Source: Squalus acanthias
Lineage: Eukaryota
NCBI GenBank assembly: GCA_030390025.1
Contig: CM059432.1
Coordinates: 135,906,001 to 135,970,000 of the forward strand
Reading direction: 5' to 3'
Length of the DNA: 64,000 bases
The notes under the pieces were generated by a model. The model was not told the origin of the DNA. It saw only the letters and a list, made by a program, of their open reading frames with translations, and did not search any database. Made by a program: the position numbers and the translations under genes. Position 1 is the first letter of the stretch, and every line of letters starts with the position of its first letter. Below, one piece after another: positions 1 through 11,815 of the stretch.

Positions 1-494
1 GTGAGATTGCAGAAGCCATCTGTCAATTCTTCCGATCAGATGAGGCTTCATAGAAACATCAAATCTTGTCACCTGCAGATACATATAAACAGAATAAAAA
101 TATTTCTCACTACATTCTCTCACCTGTCATACTTACTTGTGCACAATTGCACCCATCACACTACCTCTGCAGCTGTCATTTGCACACTTACACTACAGCA
201 GACCCACAGCTCGCCTCGCTGACCCTGGCGGGGTTTCCTGCCACCGGGAAGCCCGCATCAGCAGGCTGAAAATGGGGAAAAGCCTCTAAACTGCCTGTTA
301 ACAGGCAGTTAATTTGCTCTAATCCCCTTCCTGCCGCTAGGAGACGGGTCCCTGTGCGAGTCGGGGACCCGCCTCCCAGGAAGATGGTTCGGAGGCGGGT
401 TGGTAGTGGGGTTGGGACCCGCTCCCAATTTTTCCCATTTTCCCAGCAGTCCCACCTCCAAACCAGCCTCCTCAGGGCTGGGAAAATCCACCCC
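1..494 (-). mobile_element. PIF/Harbinger-type non-autonomous element, family 1, copy A (truncated by the window edge)
   Basis: Reverse complement of the left part of 3511-4787; ends in the TIR-like AAAATCCACCCC at 494; perfect 22-bp palindrome AACTGCCTGTTAACAGGCAGTT at 289-310; abuts a CR1. Confidence 0.8.
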
Positions 495-1381
495 CAGAGT
501 CTGCAAAGGGATATAGATAGGTTAAGTGAGTGGGCAAAAGTTTGGCGGATGGAGTATAATGTGGGAAAATGTGAGGTTATCCACTTTGGTTGGAAGAATA
601 GAAAAAACAAAATATTATTTAAATGGAGACTACAGAATGCCGCGGTACAGAGGGATCTGGGTGTCCTTGTACATGAAACACAAGTTAGCATGCAGGTACA
701 GCAAGTAATTAGGAAGGCAAATGGAATGTTGGCCTTTATTGCAAGGAGGATGGAGTATAAAAATAGGGAAGTCTTGTTACAACTGTACAGGGCATTGGTG
801 AGACCACACCTGGAGTACTGCGTACAGTTTTGGTCTCCTTATTTAAGGAGGGATATACTTGCATTGGAGGCAGTTCAGAGAAGGTTCACACAGTTGATTC
901 CTGAGTTGAAGGAGTTGTCTTATGAAGAAAGGTTGAGCAGGTTGGGCCTATACTCATTGGAGTTTAGAAGAATGAGAGGTGATCTTATTGAAACATATAA
1001 GATTCTGAGGGGCTTGACAGGGTAGATGCTGAGAGGATGTTTCCCCTCGTGGGGGAATCTAGAACTAGGGGGCATAGTTTCAGAATAAGGGGTCGCCCAT
1101 TTAAAACGGAGATGGGGAGGAATTTCTTCTCTCAGAGGGTTGTGAATCTTTGGAATTCTCTACCCCAGAGAGCTGTGGAGGCTGGGTCATTGAATATATT
1201 CAAGGCGGAGATAGACAGATTTTTGAAAAACAGGGGAGTCAAGGGTTATGGGGAGCGGGCAGGAAAGTGGAGTTGAGGCCAAGATCAGATCAGCCATGAT
1301 CTTATTGAATGGCGGAGCAGGCTCGAGGGGCCAAATGGCCGACTCCTGCTCTTATTTCTTATGTTCTTATGTTCTTATGTT
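495..1381 (+). mobile_element. CR1 LINE 3' portion (ORF2 C-terminus, frameshifted, plus 3' UTR)
   Basis: Translations LQRDIDRLSEWAKVWRMEYNVGKC...LYRALVRPHLEYCVQFWSP...SRTRGHS...FFSQRVVNLWNSLP are typical CR1 ORF2; (TTCTTATG)n tail at about 1356-1380. Confidence 0.95.
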
Positions 1382-2088
1382 GCTTACATAACAACAGTCA
1401 CTACATGTCAAAGTAATTATTGTGCAGCACTTTGGGACATATCTGAGATAAAACATTTCTTTCTTCTTTCTTTCTTTCTTTCTTTCTTTCTTTCCCCAGC
1501 CTTAGAAGGCCAGGCCTAAGGCAAGGTGGTGACTCTCATCTTCAAAGTCATTATCATGTCATCCTACCACCTTCTACAATCAGCACTGTACCAGATTTTC
1601 CAGCCTCCAGATTCTCACTACAGACTGCCGGCTCAGATGCCAACAGAATACAATGCTCTCTACAGGTACAGAGGATGGCCTCATGGGTTTGTTAAGAGTA
1701 CTGGCCTTCAGAGCCATTGACACTGGCCAAGAGAATCCCTTTAAACCAAGACTAATGACAGACTTGGCCAAATGAAAAATGATTGAGGATCACTTTTTGG
1801 TGTAGTCGTGCACCTTGGTGGGTGAACATAATCTGAAAATCCCCATATTAATGCTGTTAGGTTCTTAACGCACTGTATCATAATATACCTCCACAGCAGT
1901 TCTCAATTGCTCCTTGGAAGCTTCAAGTAGTCCTTTAATGGCACTCGAATTTTGCCTTTGGCACCTGGGTTTGATTCTAACCCATGCTGACGGGATTAAC
2001 TTATTCTTCCTCTATTGAATATAACCGTGCTAAATTAAATGAGCATGGATAGATTCAACCAGTTTTCAAGTGGGCATAAATTGCTCAT

Positions 2089-3399
2089 AAAGAAAGAACT
2101 TGCATTTATATAGCACCTTTCACGACCTCAGGATGTCCCAAAATGCTTTACAGCCAATAATGTACTTTTTGAAGTGCTGTCGCTGTTGTAATGTAGGAAA
2201 CACGGCAGCCCATTTGCGCACTGGTTCCACAAACAACAATGTGATAATGGCCAGATAATCTGTTTTGGTGATGTTGGTTGAGGGATAAATATTGGCCAGG
2301 ACACCGGGAGAACTCCTCTGCTCTTCCACGAAATAGTGCCATGGGATCTTTTGAGTCCACCTGAGAGGGCAGATGGGGCCTCGTTCGAACGTCTCATCCA
2401 AAAGATGACACCTCTGACTGTGCAGCACTCCCTCAGTGCAGAACTGGAGTGTCAGCCTAGCATTTTTGTGTATAAATCTTTGGAGTGGGATTTGAACTTC
2501 TGACTCTTTGGGCTGGATTTTCTCAGCCCCGAGGAGGCGGGTATGGAGGCGGGACTGCTGGTAAAGTTGCAGAATGTGGGGGCGGATGGCAAACCCGCCC
2601 CCATCCTGCCTCCGTGCCCTTTTGCCAGGAGGCGGGAAGATGTCCTGCTTTTGGTCCTGTCTCCTGGAGGCGGGAAAGGGATTAAATCCTTTTAACTGCC
2701 TGTTAACAGCTAGTTAATAGGCAGAAAAAAGGATTAGTCCCATTTTACCTTTTCAGGTGAAGGCTTCCCGACCTCGGAGAACCCCGCCGGGTTGGAGGAG
2801 TCGAGTAGGAGGTCTGCGGGGGTCTGCGGGGCCTGAAAGTAAGATGTAGAGGTGAGTGATGAGTGTAAGTGTGGAGTGCTAAGTATGTAAGGTGAGTGTT
2901 AAGTGTTAAAAGATGTTCACTTACCTTGTTTTCTGCCTACAGACTTCATCTGCTCTGGATCGGGAGTCCCGACATCTTCCTTGTAGATTTCACAGACTGG
3001 CTGTTGGATCCTCTGAACCAACAGTCATCTGAAATCTACAAAGTTGCAAGGTTTGATGAGTCCTGAACACAAGGACTCATCAAACTACACAGAATGTCAG
3101 TGTTTGACAGCTTCACAGAGCTGTCAAACGCTGACATATCTTCTTTCAAGAAGTCTTGACAGATGGCATGTCAGACATTGACGTGCTCTGTCAGTAACTT
3201 CCCCGTAATTGGCCTGCTGAGCCCGCAGGGCGGGCTTAACAAGGTCAATCAGGGGAAAATCCCGCTGGTTGGCCAGAAGATGATAGAGGCGGGACATAGA
3301 CCCGACAAGCAGCAGTCCCGCCTCCAACTCGTCTCCATTCACAAAATCCAGCCCACTGACTCAGAGGCGAGAGTGCTAAGACTGAACCACGGCTGACAC
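2089..3399 (-). mobile_element. Deu-domain tRNA-SINE (SacSINE1/AmnSINE1-like), split by the MITE at 2510-3354
   Basis: Body 2089-2509 and tRNA-like head 3355-3399 are collinear with the intact copies (18952, 32932); tail GCTATATAAATGCAAG on the minus strand. Confidence 0.85.
2510..3354 (+). mobile_element. PIF/Harbinger-type MITE, family 1, copy B
   Basis: TIRs GGGCTGGATTTT (2510) and AAAATCCAGCCC (3354); inserted in a SINE head; flanks TTT/ACT could be a decayed TCT 3-bp TSD. Confidence 0.85.
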
Positions 3400-3510
3400 C
3401 ATAGCCTCGTACTAACTGTAAGTTTCAGTAAATCCTCTAAGCTTGGAGTGAAAGCACCTTCTTGAAGGAGAATAAAAGAAGTTCAATTTTCCAGCCAGCA
3501 GAAAAGCTTT

Positions 3511-4787
3511 GGGGGGAATTTTCCCAGCCCTGAGGAGGCGGTGTTTGGAGGCGGGATTGCCGGGAAAATGGCAGAAACTGGGAGCGGGTACCAACCCTGC
3601 TCCCAACCCGCCTCCGTGCCATCTTCCCGGGAGGCGCGTCCCCAAGTCGCGCAGGGTCCCGTCTCCTCAAGGCGGGAAGGGGATTAGAGTCAATTAACTG
3701 CCTGTTAACAGGTAGTTAACAGGCAGTTTTGAGGCTTTTCCCCATTTTAATGCCTGCAATTGCGGGCTTCCCGACGGCTGCGAACCTCGCCAGGGTCAGC
3801 GAGGCGAGCAGTGGGTCTGCGGGGGTGAGAGGGATCGAAATTTCAGCTGTAGAGGTGAGTGATGGGTGCAAGTGTGGAGAGGTAAGTATGAGAGGTGAGT
3901 GTAAAGTGTTGGAAAAAGTTTCCTTACCTTTGCTTCTTTCTGCAGGCTTCAACCTTTGAGGATCCGGAGGTGCCTCATCTCAACGGCAGAGATGACAGAA
4001 TGGCTGCTGCATTCTCAGATGCAGCAGCCATCTGATTTCTGCTGAGGAGAGAGGTCTTGGTGAGTCTGTGTGCAAGGGCTCACCTTAGAACAGAGATTGT
4101 CAGTGTTTGACAGCTTCTCAAAGCTGTCAAACATAGAAACATAGAAACATAGAATCTAGGAGCAGGAGTAGGCCATTCGGCCCGTCGAGCCTGCTCCACC
4201 ATTCAATACGATCATGGCTGATCATCCAAATCCAGTACCCTGTCCCTGCTTTAATCCCCACAGTACACATATCCCACCCTACCCCCGTAACCCCACGTAT
4301 TTAATTCCCCCTAACATATCCCATCCTATCCCCATATATTTAATCCCCCCCTAACACTAAGGGTCAATTTATCATAGCCAAATCAACCTAACCCGCACAT
4401 TTTTGGACTGTGGGAGGAAACCGGAGCACCCGGAGGAAACCCACACAGACACGGGGAGAATGTGCAAACTCCACACAGACAGTCACCCGAGGTCAGATTC
4501 GAACCCGGGTCCCTGGCGCTGTGAGACACCAGTGCTAACCACTATGCCACCGTGTTGCAAACGCTGACAATTCATCTGTCAAAAAATTTTCGACTGATGA
4601 AGCGTCATACGCTGACGTCAGCTGTCACCGGCTTTCCCTTAATTGGCCAGTAAGCCTGCAGGGCAGGCTTAACAAGGCCAATCAAGGGAAAATAGCATGG
4701 GTTGGTCAGACGTCGCTGGGGGCGGGACTGAAACCCGGAAACCTGAAGTCCCGCCTCCAGCACGTCTCCATTGAGAAAATTCAGCCC
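3511..4787 (+). mobile_element. PIF/Harbinger-type MITE, family 1, copy C (with a nested HE1-type SINE)
   Basis: TIRs GGGGGGAATTTTC and GAAAATTCAGCCC, 3-bp TSD TTT on both sides; collinear with 2510-3354. Confidence 0.88.
4133..4557 (-). mobile_element. HE1-type V-SINE with an extended CR1-derived tail
   Basis: tRNA-like head (GGTGGCATAGTGGTTAGC...GGTTCGAATC on the minus strand), V-domain-like TGTGTGGAGTTTGCACATTCTCCCCGTG, CR1 tail ending (TTCTATGT)n; (C)AAAC TSD. Confidence 0.88.
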
Positions 4788-5500
4788 TTTCTGTTTAATG
4801 AGAAGCTTCACTGGTTTTGAATCTACAGCCTGTTTCATAGTGCAAGAAATGAGCTTCTGTCTTAAAGACCCTGTATGGAGAGAAAGCGAGTGGCATATTT
4901 ATTATTTTAAATATTGAGGATATTGAAGTGAATGATTCCCTGCTTTATCCTGTATATGGTTCATTCACCTGTTCTATTTAAGTAAAACCATGTGTTACTT
5001 TAGAGCTTGAGTCTCATTCTGATAGAGTGTATATTCAGTCCACCTCTCAAAGACGGCAGAATGACGGCGCAGCACGTAATAGATCCCAGTAGTTGGTGAG
5101 TGTGGTAAGGGTTCTCTGTTATGATCCCCAAGCCCCACTATCCCTTACCTAGATACTGAGCAGGTTGAGGCACATTCCAGATCAAGGGGGCACAATTCTG
5201 GAGTGGTTGATGAAACTGAACCCGATAAATTATCTTGCATAAAAACCCAAAAAACTTGATCTCCACAAAGGCATTGTTCAGCTGGTGAGACCAGAGTGCC
5301 AACAAGAATGACTGATTGATTTGCCCCCCCCCCCATCCTTACTCGGAACTCAAAGGTCATTTGAAGCATCCCACAATTGTCCCTTTTGATGTCAGCTAAC
5401 TCAATAATAGATGTGGGACTTTCCCAGTCTGCATGGCTCAGTACTACATTGAGTGCTGCACTTCCCTACTCAACCACTCAGCACGGGCTCCCATGTCTCA

Positions 5501-5975
5501 GGAACATAGGATCAGGAGTAGGCCATTCAGCCCCTCGAGCCTGTTCCACCATTCAATGAGATCATGGCTGATCTGTATCTTAACTCCATCCACCATTTTT
5601 GCCTAGCAAAAATTTATCGCACTCAGATTTAAAATTATTAATTGAGCTAGCATCGACTGCCTTTTGTGGGAGAGAGTTCCACCACCCTTTGCGTGAAGAA
5701 GTGTTTCCTAACTTCTCTCCTGAATGGCCTGGCTCTGATTTTAAGGTTATTGAGCTAGCATTGAGCCCTTGTCCTAGACTCCCCCCACCAGCGGAAATAA
5801 TTTCTGTCTACCCTATCAATTCCTTTCAAAATCCTAAAACCCTCAATCAAATCACCCCTTAACTTTCTATATTCCAGGGTATACAAGTCTCACTTTTGTA
5901 ATCTGTCCTCATAATCTAACCCTTGGAGCCCTGGTAACATTCTGGTCAATCTGGGCTGCACTCCTTCCAAGACCA
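5501..5975 (-). mobile_element. CR1 LINE 3' fragment
   Basis: Begins with the reversed CR1 tail GAACATAGG..CAGGAGTAGGCCATTCAGCCCCTCGAGCCTG; degraded ORF2 end. Confidence 0.85.
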
Positions 5976-6939
5976 GAACGGTGAAACCTGGACTTCTACA
6001 CATCTGCTGTTAATGCTGTTCCTTAATCAGTTTTGTTTGGTAAGGCCAGTGGTTCTGCCAATTTTATCTACACCCCCTCACTTCCCCCCACAACAGCCAC
6101 CCCTTCCCCCCCCCCACCCCCCCGCCCCCAGCCCGGAACCCCTTGCGAGAGTCTATCTGAGTCGGAATGCCAGCCAAGCTTGAAATTCAGACTCAGGTCT
6201 CTCTGAAGTACCAGCAAGCTTCAGGGATACAAACGTGATTAATTGAGCTAACCATAAGTATCCATCAGAAATAATTACGTACAACATTTTAGAACTGTTT
6301 GATCACCAGGAGGTCTTCATTTTATGGGAAGTAGAGATTAAAAAACTCTGCATACGAGTAGTTTTCTATCCAACTGCGATATTTATCTCTTTTTCACTTG
6401 CGTAACCATTTAACAAAAGAAAAAAGAAAAATATCTGTCGATAAAATTTCCAACAGGCGTAAAATGCATTCAATATGATACACAAATGACCAATAACACA
6501 GAAATAAAAAAGAAATCACATAAACAATAGAGAGAACTATAAATCCCTTTCAAATAAGAATCCCTTTGTTCTGAGGGCATCACAGCTCCATCTGTGTTAT
6601 TTTGCTTGCAGTGTTACGAGTCCTTCAAAGACAGCGATGTGGAATTTGCTTATTTGTTTTCATTTTATTGAATAGTAGGTTAACTTGTGACTACAAACAA
6701 CTTAAAAGAATCCATCAAAGAAGACTCGTTGAGTGTTGGAACCCAAGCAATGTTAACCCCCAGGTGAGTCCATTTACCTCGGGGACAAATTAGTTGAACT
6801 AAACATGGCCTCTCTGCATGCATAATCACGCACATGCTGATTCTGTTGCTAGGCGTTGTCAGACAATTGAACCCTTGCACACTTGGGGCTGAGTAAGAGA
6901 AGGGACTCTGAAAATATAGACATTCGGCAACAACACAAA

Positions 6940-7556
6940 CTTGCATTTATATGGCTCCTTTTACATAAAAAGTGCTCAAGGCATTTCATAATAAGAAAGA
7001 AACAAGTTGCATTTATATAACACCTTTCACAACCCCAAGACAACCCAAAATGCTTCATAGCCAATGAAGTTTTTTTAAGTGCAGTTACAACAGTGACAAC
7101 ACTTCAAAAGTACTTCATTGACTGTAAAGCACTTTGGGATGTCCTGAGGTTGTGAAAGGTGCTATATAAATCCAAGTTCTTTCTTTTCTTTAATGTAGGG
7201 AAACGTGACAACCAATTTGTGCACAGCAAGGTACCATTAAAAGCAATGAGATAAATAATCAGATAATCTGTTTTTGATGATATTGGTTGAGGGATGAATG
7301 TTGGCTGAGGCACTGAGAGAATTCCCATGCTCTTCTTCGAATAGTGCCATGGGATCTTTTACATCCACCTGAACTGGCAACAGGGCCTCTGTTTAACATC
7401 TCATCCAAAAGCTGGCACCTTCAACAGTGCAGCACACCATTAGTACTGCATTGAAGTGTCAGACTAGATTATATGACAAGTCTCTAGCGTGGAACTTTAA
7501 TCCATGACCTTCATTGCTCAGGGTTGAGAGTGTTACCACTAAGCCAAGGCTGACAC
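6940..7556 (-). mobile_element. Deu-SINE composite (tail fragments in both orientations plus a minus-strand body and head)
   Basis: Tail motifs at about 6940, 7005 and inverted at 7087-7190; body and head run from 7190 to GGCTGACAC at 7556. Confidence 0.75.
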
Positions 7557-7614
7557 TAGGGATAATTAAAGGCCTGGATACCAACCAATAGAGGCAGGCA
7601 ATGTTGTGGAGGTC

Positions 7615-7873
7615 ATCACCCCTGTGCTCGCTGACCTACAATAACTCCCGGTCCAGCAACGCCTCGATTTTAAAATTCTCATCCTTGTGTTCAAATCCCT
7701 CCATGGCCTCACCCCTCCCTATCTCTGTAATCTCCTCCAGCCCTACAACCCTCCGAGACCTCTGCGCTCCTCCAATTCTGGTTTCTTGAGCATCTCCGAT
7801 TTTCATCGCTCCGCCATTGGTGGCCATGCCTTCGGCTGCCTGGGCCCTAAGCTCTGGAATTCCCTCCCTAAAC
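7615..7873 (+). mobile_element. L2 LINE ORF2 C-terminal fragment
   Basis: FKSLHGLTPPYLCNLLQPYNPPRPLRSS...GPKLWNSLP; an inverted copy of about 8075-8335. Confidence 0.85.
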
Positions 7874-8645
7874 AAACAAACAACAACAACAACTTGTATT
7901 TATATAGCACCTTTAATGTAGTAAAACGTCCCAAGGCGCTTCACAGGAGTATTGTAAGACAAAAAATTGACACCGAGCCACATAAGAAATTAGGGCAGGT
8001 GACCAAAAACTTGGTCAAAGAGATAGGCTTTAAGGAGCATCTTAAAGGAGGAAAGAGGGGTAGAGAGGCGGAGAGGTTTAGGGAGGGAGTTCCAGAGCTT
8101 AGGGCCGAGGCAGCTGAAGGCACGGCCACTGATTGTTGAGCGATTATAATCAGGGATGCTGAAGAGGGCAGAATTAGAGGAGTGCAGATATCTCGGGGGG
8201 TTGTAGGGCTGAAGGAGATTACAGAGATAGGGAGGGGCGAGACCATGGAGGGATTTGAAAACAAGGATGAAAATTTTGAAATCGAGGCGTTGCTTAACCG
8301 GAAGCCAATGTAGGTCAGCGAGCACAGGGGTGATGGATGAACGGGACTTGGTGTGAGTTAGGACACAGGCAGCCGAGTTTTGGATGACCTGAAGTTTACG
8401 TAGGGTAGAATGTGTGAGACCAGGCAGGAGTGTGTTGGAGTAATCAAGTCGAGAGGTAACAAAAGCATGGATGAGGGATTCAGCAGCAGATGAGATGAGG
8501 CAAGGGCGGAGACGGGCAATGTTATGGAGGTGGAAATAGGTGGTCTTAGTTATGCCGCGGATATGTGGTCGGAAGCTCATTTCAGGGTCAAATATGACAC
8601 CAAGGTTGCGAACAGTCTGGTTCAGCCTCAGACAGATGCTAAGGA
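7874..8645 (-). mobile_element. L2-clade LINE 3' end (ORF2 C-terminus plus (GTT)n tail)
   Basis: ORF 7990-8697: RNLGVIFD...LIHAFVTSRLDYSN...LQVIQNSAA...ITPVLADLHWLPVKQRLDFK, the classic L2 C-terminus; (CAA)n at 7874-7892. Confidence 0.93.
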
Positions 8646-9302
8646 GAGGAGTTTGTGGCGGAGCTAAAACAATTATCCAAGTGAGTGCACACTCCACTAT
8701 GGTGGACAGCTAGGGTTCCTTCACTCTGGTGGGGCACTCTAAAATATGGTCCACATCTCTAGAAGGTGGTCCTTCAATCAGAGGTGAGATAAGGAAATGA
8801 AAAATATTGATTCCTTTGCCAGATTTTCAATAGTTTAATAGCACATATTTTTGATTTTTGCATGAAAGTGCTGCATTGCTACATTGTAACCATGGGGGCT
8901 GAACAGCGCAATTACTTTTAATTTAGAAAAAAGATTGATTGTGACCTATGGCAGTCTGTAACACACTGGATAAGGCAGTTACTTCATAACTCTGACCTCA
9001 TTTACTTTGGGAGATTGAATTCAGTTTGATCTGTCGATCTGAAATTAATCTGATCTTCCCAGCACTTACACTCACCTCTGCCCTATGTGTTGGGCAAAAC
9101 GACATTGGAACTTCTCTCTTTCACTTTATTTGTTTCATTTAAGTATTCAACAACTGTGGCGAATAATTTGGGATGATCATAGTTCTACAGAATAATCATT
9201 GCACAATCTTGGCATTCGAGAAATGGACTGTAAAAGCTACACCACACTGTTATTCACATGTATATTTTTCAGTAATTTTCTCTGTCACAGGTCTCCCTGT
9301 GT

Positions 9303-9598
9303 TACAGAATCCCCACAGTGCAGATAGAGGCCATTTCGGCCCATCGAGCCTGCACCGACACATATCCACCCTATCCCCGTAACCCCACATATTTAATCCC
9401 CCTAACACTAAGGGTCAATTTATCATAGCCAAATCAACCTAACCCGTACATCTTTGGACTGTGGGAGGAAACCGGAGCAAACCCACGCAGACACGGGGAG
9501 AATGTGCAAACTCCACACCAACAGTCGGCCGAGGCCGGATTCGAACCCGGGTCCCTGGCGCTGTGAGGCAACAGTGCTAACCACTATACCACCCTGTT
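9303..9598 (-). mobile_element. HE1-type V-SINE (short-tail form)
   Basis: Same head and V-domain as 4133-4557; short CR1-like tail GATGGGCCGAAATGGCCTCTATCTGCACTG. Confidence 0.88.
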
Positions 9599-10410
9599 AC
9601 ATACCATCCTGGACAGTGTATGGGCCTCATGACCTGCTCCCAAGGCTCCATCATAGCTACTGTGAAGCCAGCCACTAAATCATTCTCGCTCTGACTTACT
9701 GTCCCTCATAATGAAAAGGCCTTAATATTGCTTCCTGTTACATCATGGCTGAGATCAGTAATTTTCCGTAAGGAGAATGGTTGTAAACTCCATAGTGCAG
9801 CACATTAGATTTCCTGTGTTCTACGTACTGCTATTGTCCTGGTCAGATACTTCAAAAGGCACTGCAATTCCAAAGGCAAAGATGCACATCCCAGAAAATA
9901 ACTAGCTTGTGGAATTGCACACCATCACTGTACACTGGTTGATACTGTGCTTGTAGGGAAATGATGTTACTCTCCTAGAATACGATGTAATACTGTAACC
10001 TAATTCACACTCTGATTCATTAAGCCTAACACAGGACTAATGAGAGTTCCTGCCAGAGTTTTTGCACAGAACTAATTGAAATCTATTTAATTCGGGAGCA
10101 GAGAGGTTGGGTTGTTTCCAAACCATCTCCACAGTCATTGAGACCCATCTCACGGGTAGTCACAACTTGAGGCATACACATGCCAGTCCAAACTGGCAGC
10201 TGGACATGCCAACTGAAATGCCAGCCTCTCCTCTTCTCTTGGCGACCACCACCTCCCCTGTTGCAGTCCCAATGTTGGCCTTACTGTATTTGCTAGAATA
10301 AAAAGCACAGCCAAGTAGCTGGCACATTCAGCTTTATTATTCAGCTGCTTCAGTGTCAATCAGCTCAGTATCAGATCGTGCAAAGATCCTAACTCCACTC
10401 AGTCGTTATA

Positions 10411-11003
10411 GGGCTGATTTTAACTTTCGTCAATGACGTAAAACAAGTCGCCTGTTATGCAACCTGCCCGATTTTCCTTTCCATTGAAGTCACGCAGGTT
10501 ACATCGAATTTACAGCACAGAAACAGGCCATTCGGCCCAACAGGTCCATGCCAGTGTTTATGCTCCACACCAGCCTCCTCCCACCCCTCTTCATCTCACC
10601 CCATCAACATATCCTCTATTCCTTTCTCCCTCATGTACTTATCTAGCTTCCCCTTAAATGCATCCATGCTATCGGCCTCAACTACTCCATGTGGTAGTGA
10701 GTTCCACATTCTAACCATTCTCTGGGTCAAGAAGTTTCTCCTGAATTCCTTATTGAATTCATTGTTGACTCTCTTATATTTATGACCCCTAGTTTTGGAC
10801 TCCCCACAAATGGAACCATCTTCTCTATGTCTACCCTATCAATCCCCTTCATAATTTTAAAGACCTCTGTCAGGTCACCCTTCAGCCCTCTCTTTTCTAA
10901 AAAGAAAGAGCCCCAGCTGATTCAGTCTTTCCTGATAGTTATAACGGGCAACTGATTAAGATAACACCAATTATCCATCACCGCTGAAAGTTAAAATCAG
11001 CTC
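10411..11003. mobile_element. Small palindromic MITE interrupted by a CR1 3' fragment (about 10497-10942, minus strand)
   Basis: TIRs GGGCTGATTTTAACTTTC and GAAAGTTAAAATCAGCTC; central TCCATTGAAGTCA motif; the CR1 tail TACAGCACAGAAACAGGCCATTCGGCCC lies inside. Confidence 0.8.
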
Positions 11004-11053
11004 TTGTATTTCTGATCCAACCACAGTGATGGAACCGCACCTCAGTCAATAAT

Positions 11054-11815
11054 GGGCCAGAAATTCGGCTCCCTGGCTTCCCGCGGGTGCAAGGATCCCG
11101 TGCGCACCTACCTACCGCGCCTGCCATTGACCTCTGGGCCCACGGGGACTTCGGCTCCTGGGCCTCCCCCAACTGCCGGCGTGCAGTGCTTGTGTATCCC
11201 AGGGGCGTAGTTAGTGCGATGCGTCCCCTGGGATCACGTGGGCCATGGAGAGCCAATGGCAGCAGACCATCTTTCATTCATAGATTTGACAGACCTGTCA
11301 AATCTATGAATACAGATCGGCCCCAAAACATCCCTAAAACTACAAATACATTTTTTTTATTAAATCACATTTTTAAAATAACTATAAATTACATTAATTA
11401 ACTATTTTAAAGAAAAATTTAAATTTTTGAAAAAATTAATTAAATTTTTTAACAGGGCTAAAACTAAACTTACCTTTCTTTAAAGTAATTAAAAAAGATA
11501 AATCTGTGAAAAAAATGTTTAAATTTTAATAAAATCAACACTTACCTTGTTAAAAGAAGGCCTTGCGCATCCTTTTTAAAAGTGTATCTTCTCCGTGCTT
11601 ACCTTCACGGAGGAACCTGTAAAAAAATCCGAAGTGCGAGGCGAACGTGCTGGCCCTCCGGCGTGCACGTTCGACCTCTGAACCCCTTTCCTCAGGGGAA
11701 CGGAAGTGCCGGTTTCCCGCGCATGCGCAGTGCATGCAAGAAACCGGCACTTTCGTTCCGTCCACGGGTGAGTCCACAGTGCGTACTCACCCGACAACAG
11801 CCGAATTTCTGCCCC
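11054..11815 (-). mobile_element. PIF/Harbinger-type MITE, family 2, copy A
   Basis: TIRs GGGCCAGAAATTCGGCT and AGCCGAATTTCTGCCCC; 3-bp TSD AAT; reverse-complement homolog of 46179-46934. Confidence 0.9.

Noticed and set aside
354..1025. 223-aa ORF as a gene
   Set aside because: Chimeric read-through: the first ~47 codons are MITE sequence and the rest is truncated CR1 ORF2.
6083..6135. Poly-C/G tracts as functional G-quadruplexes
   Set aside because: Such runs recur throughout the window (26832, 44030, 53516, 54046) with nothing to separate them from simple slippage repeats.
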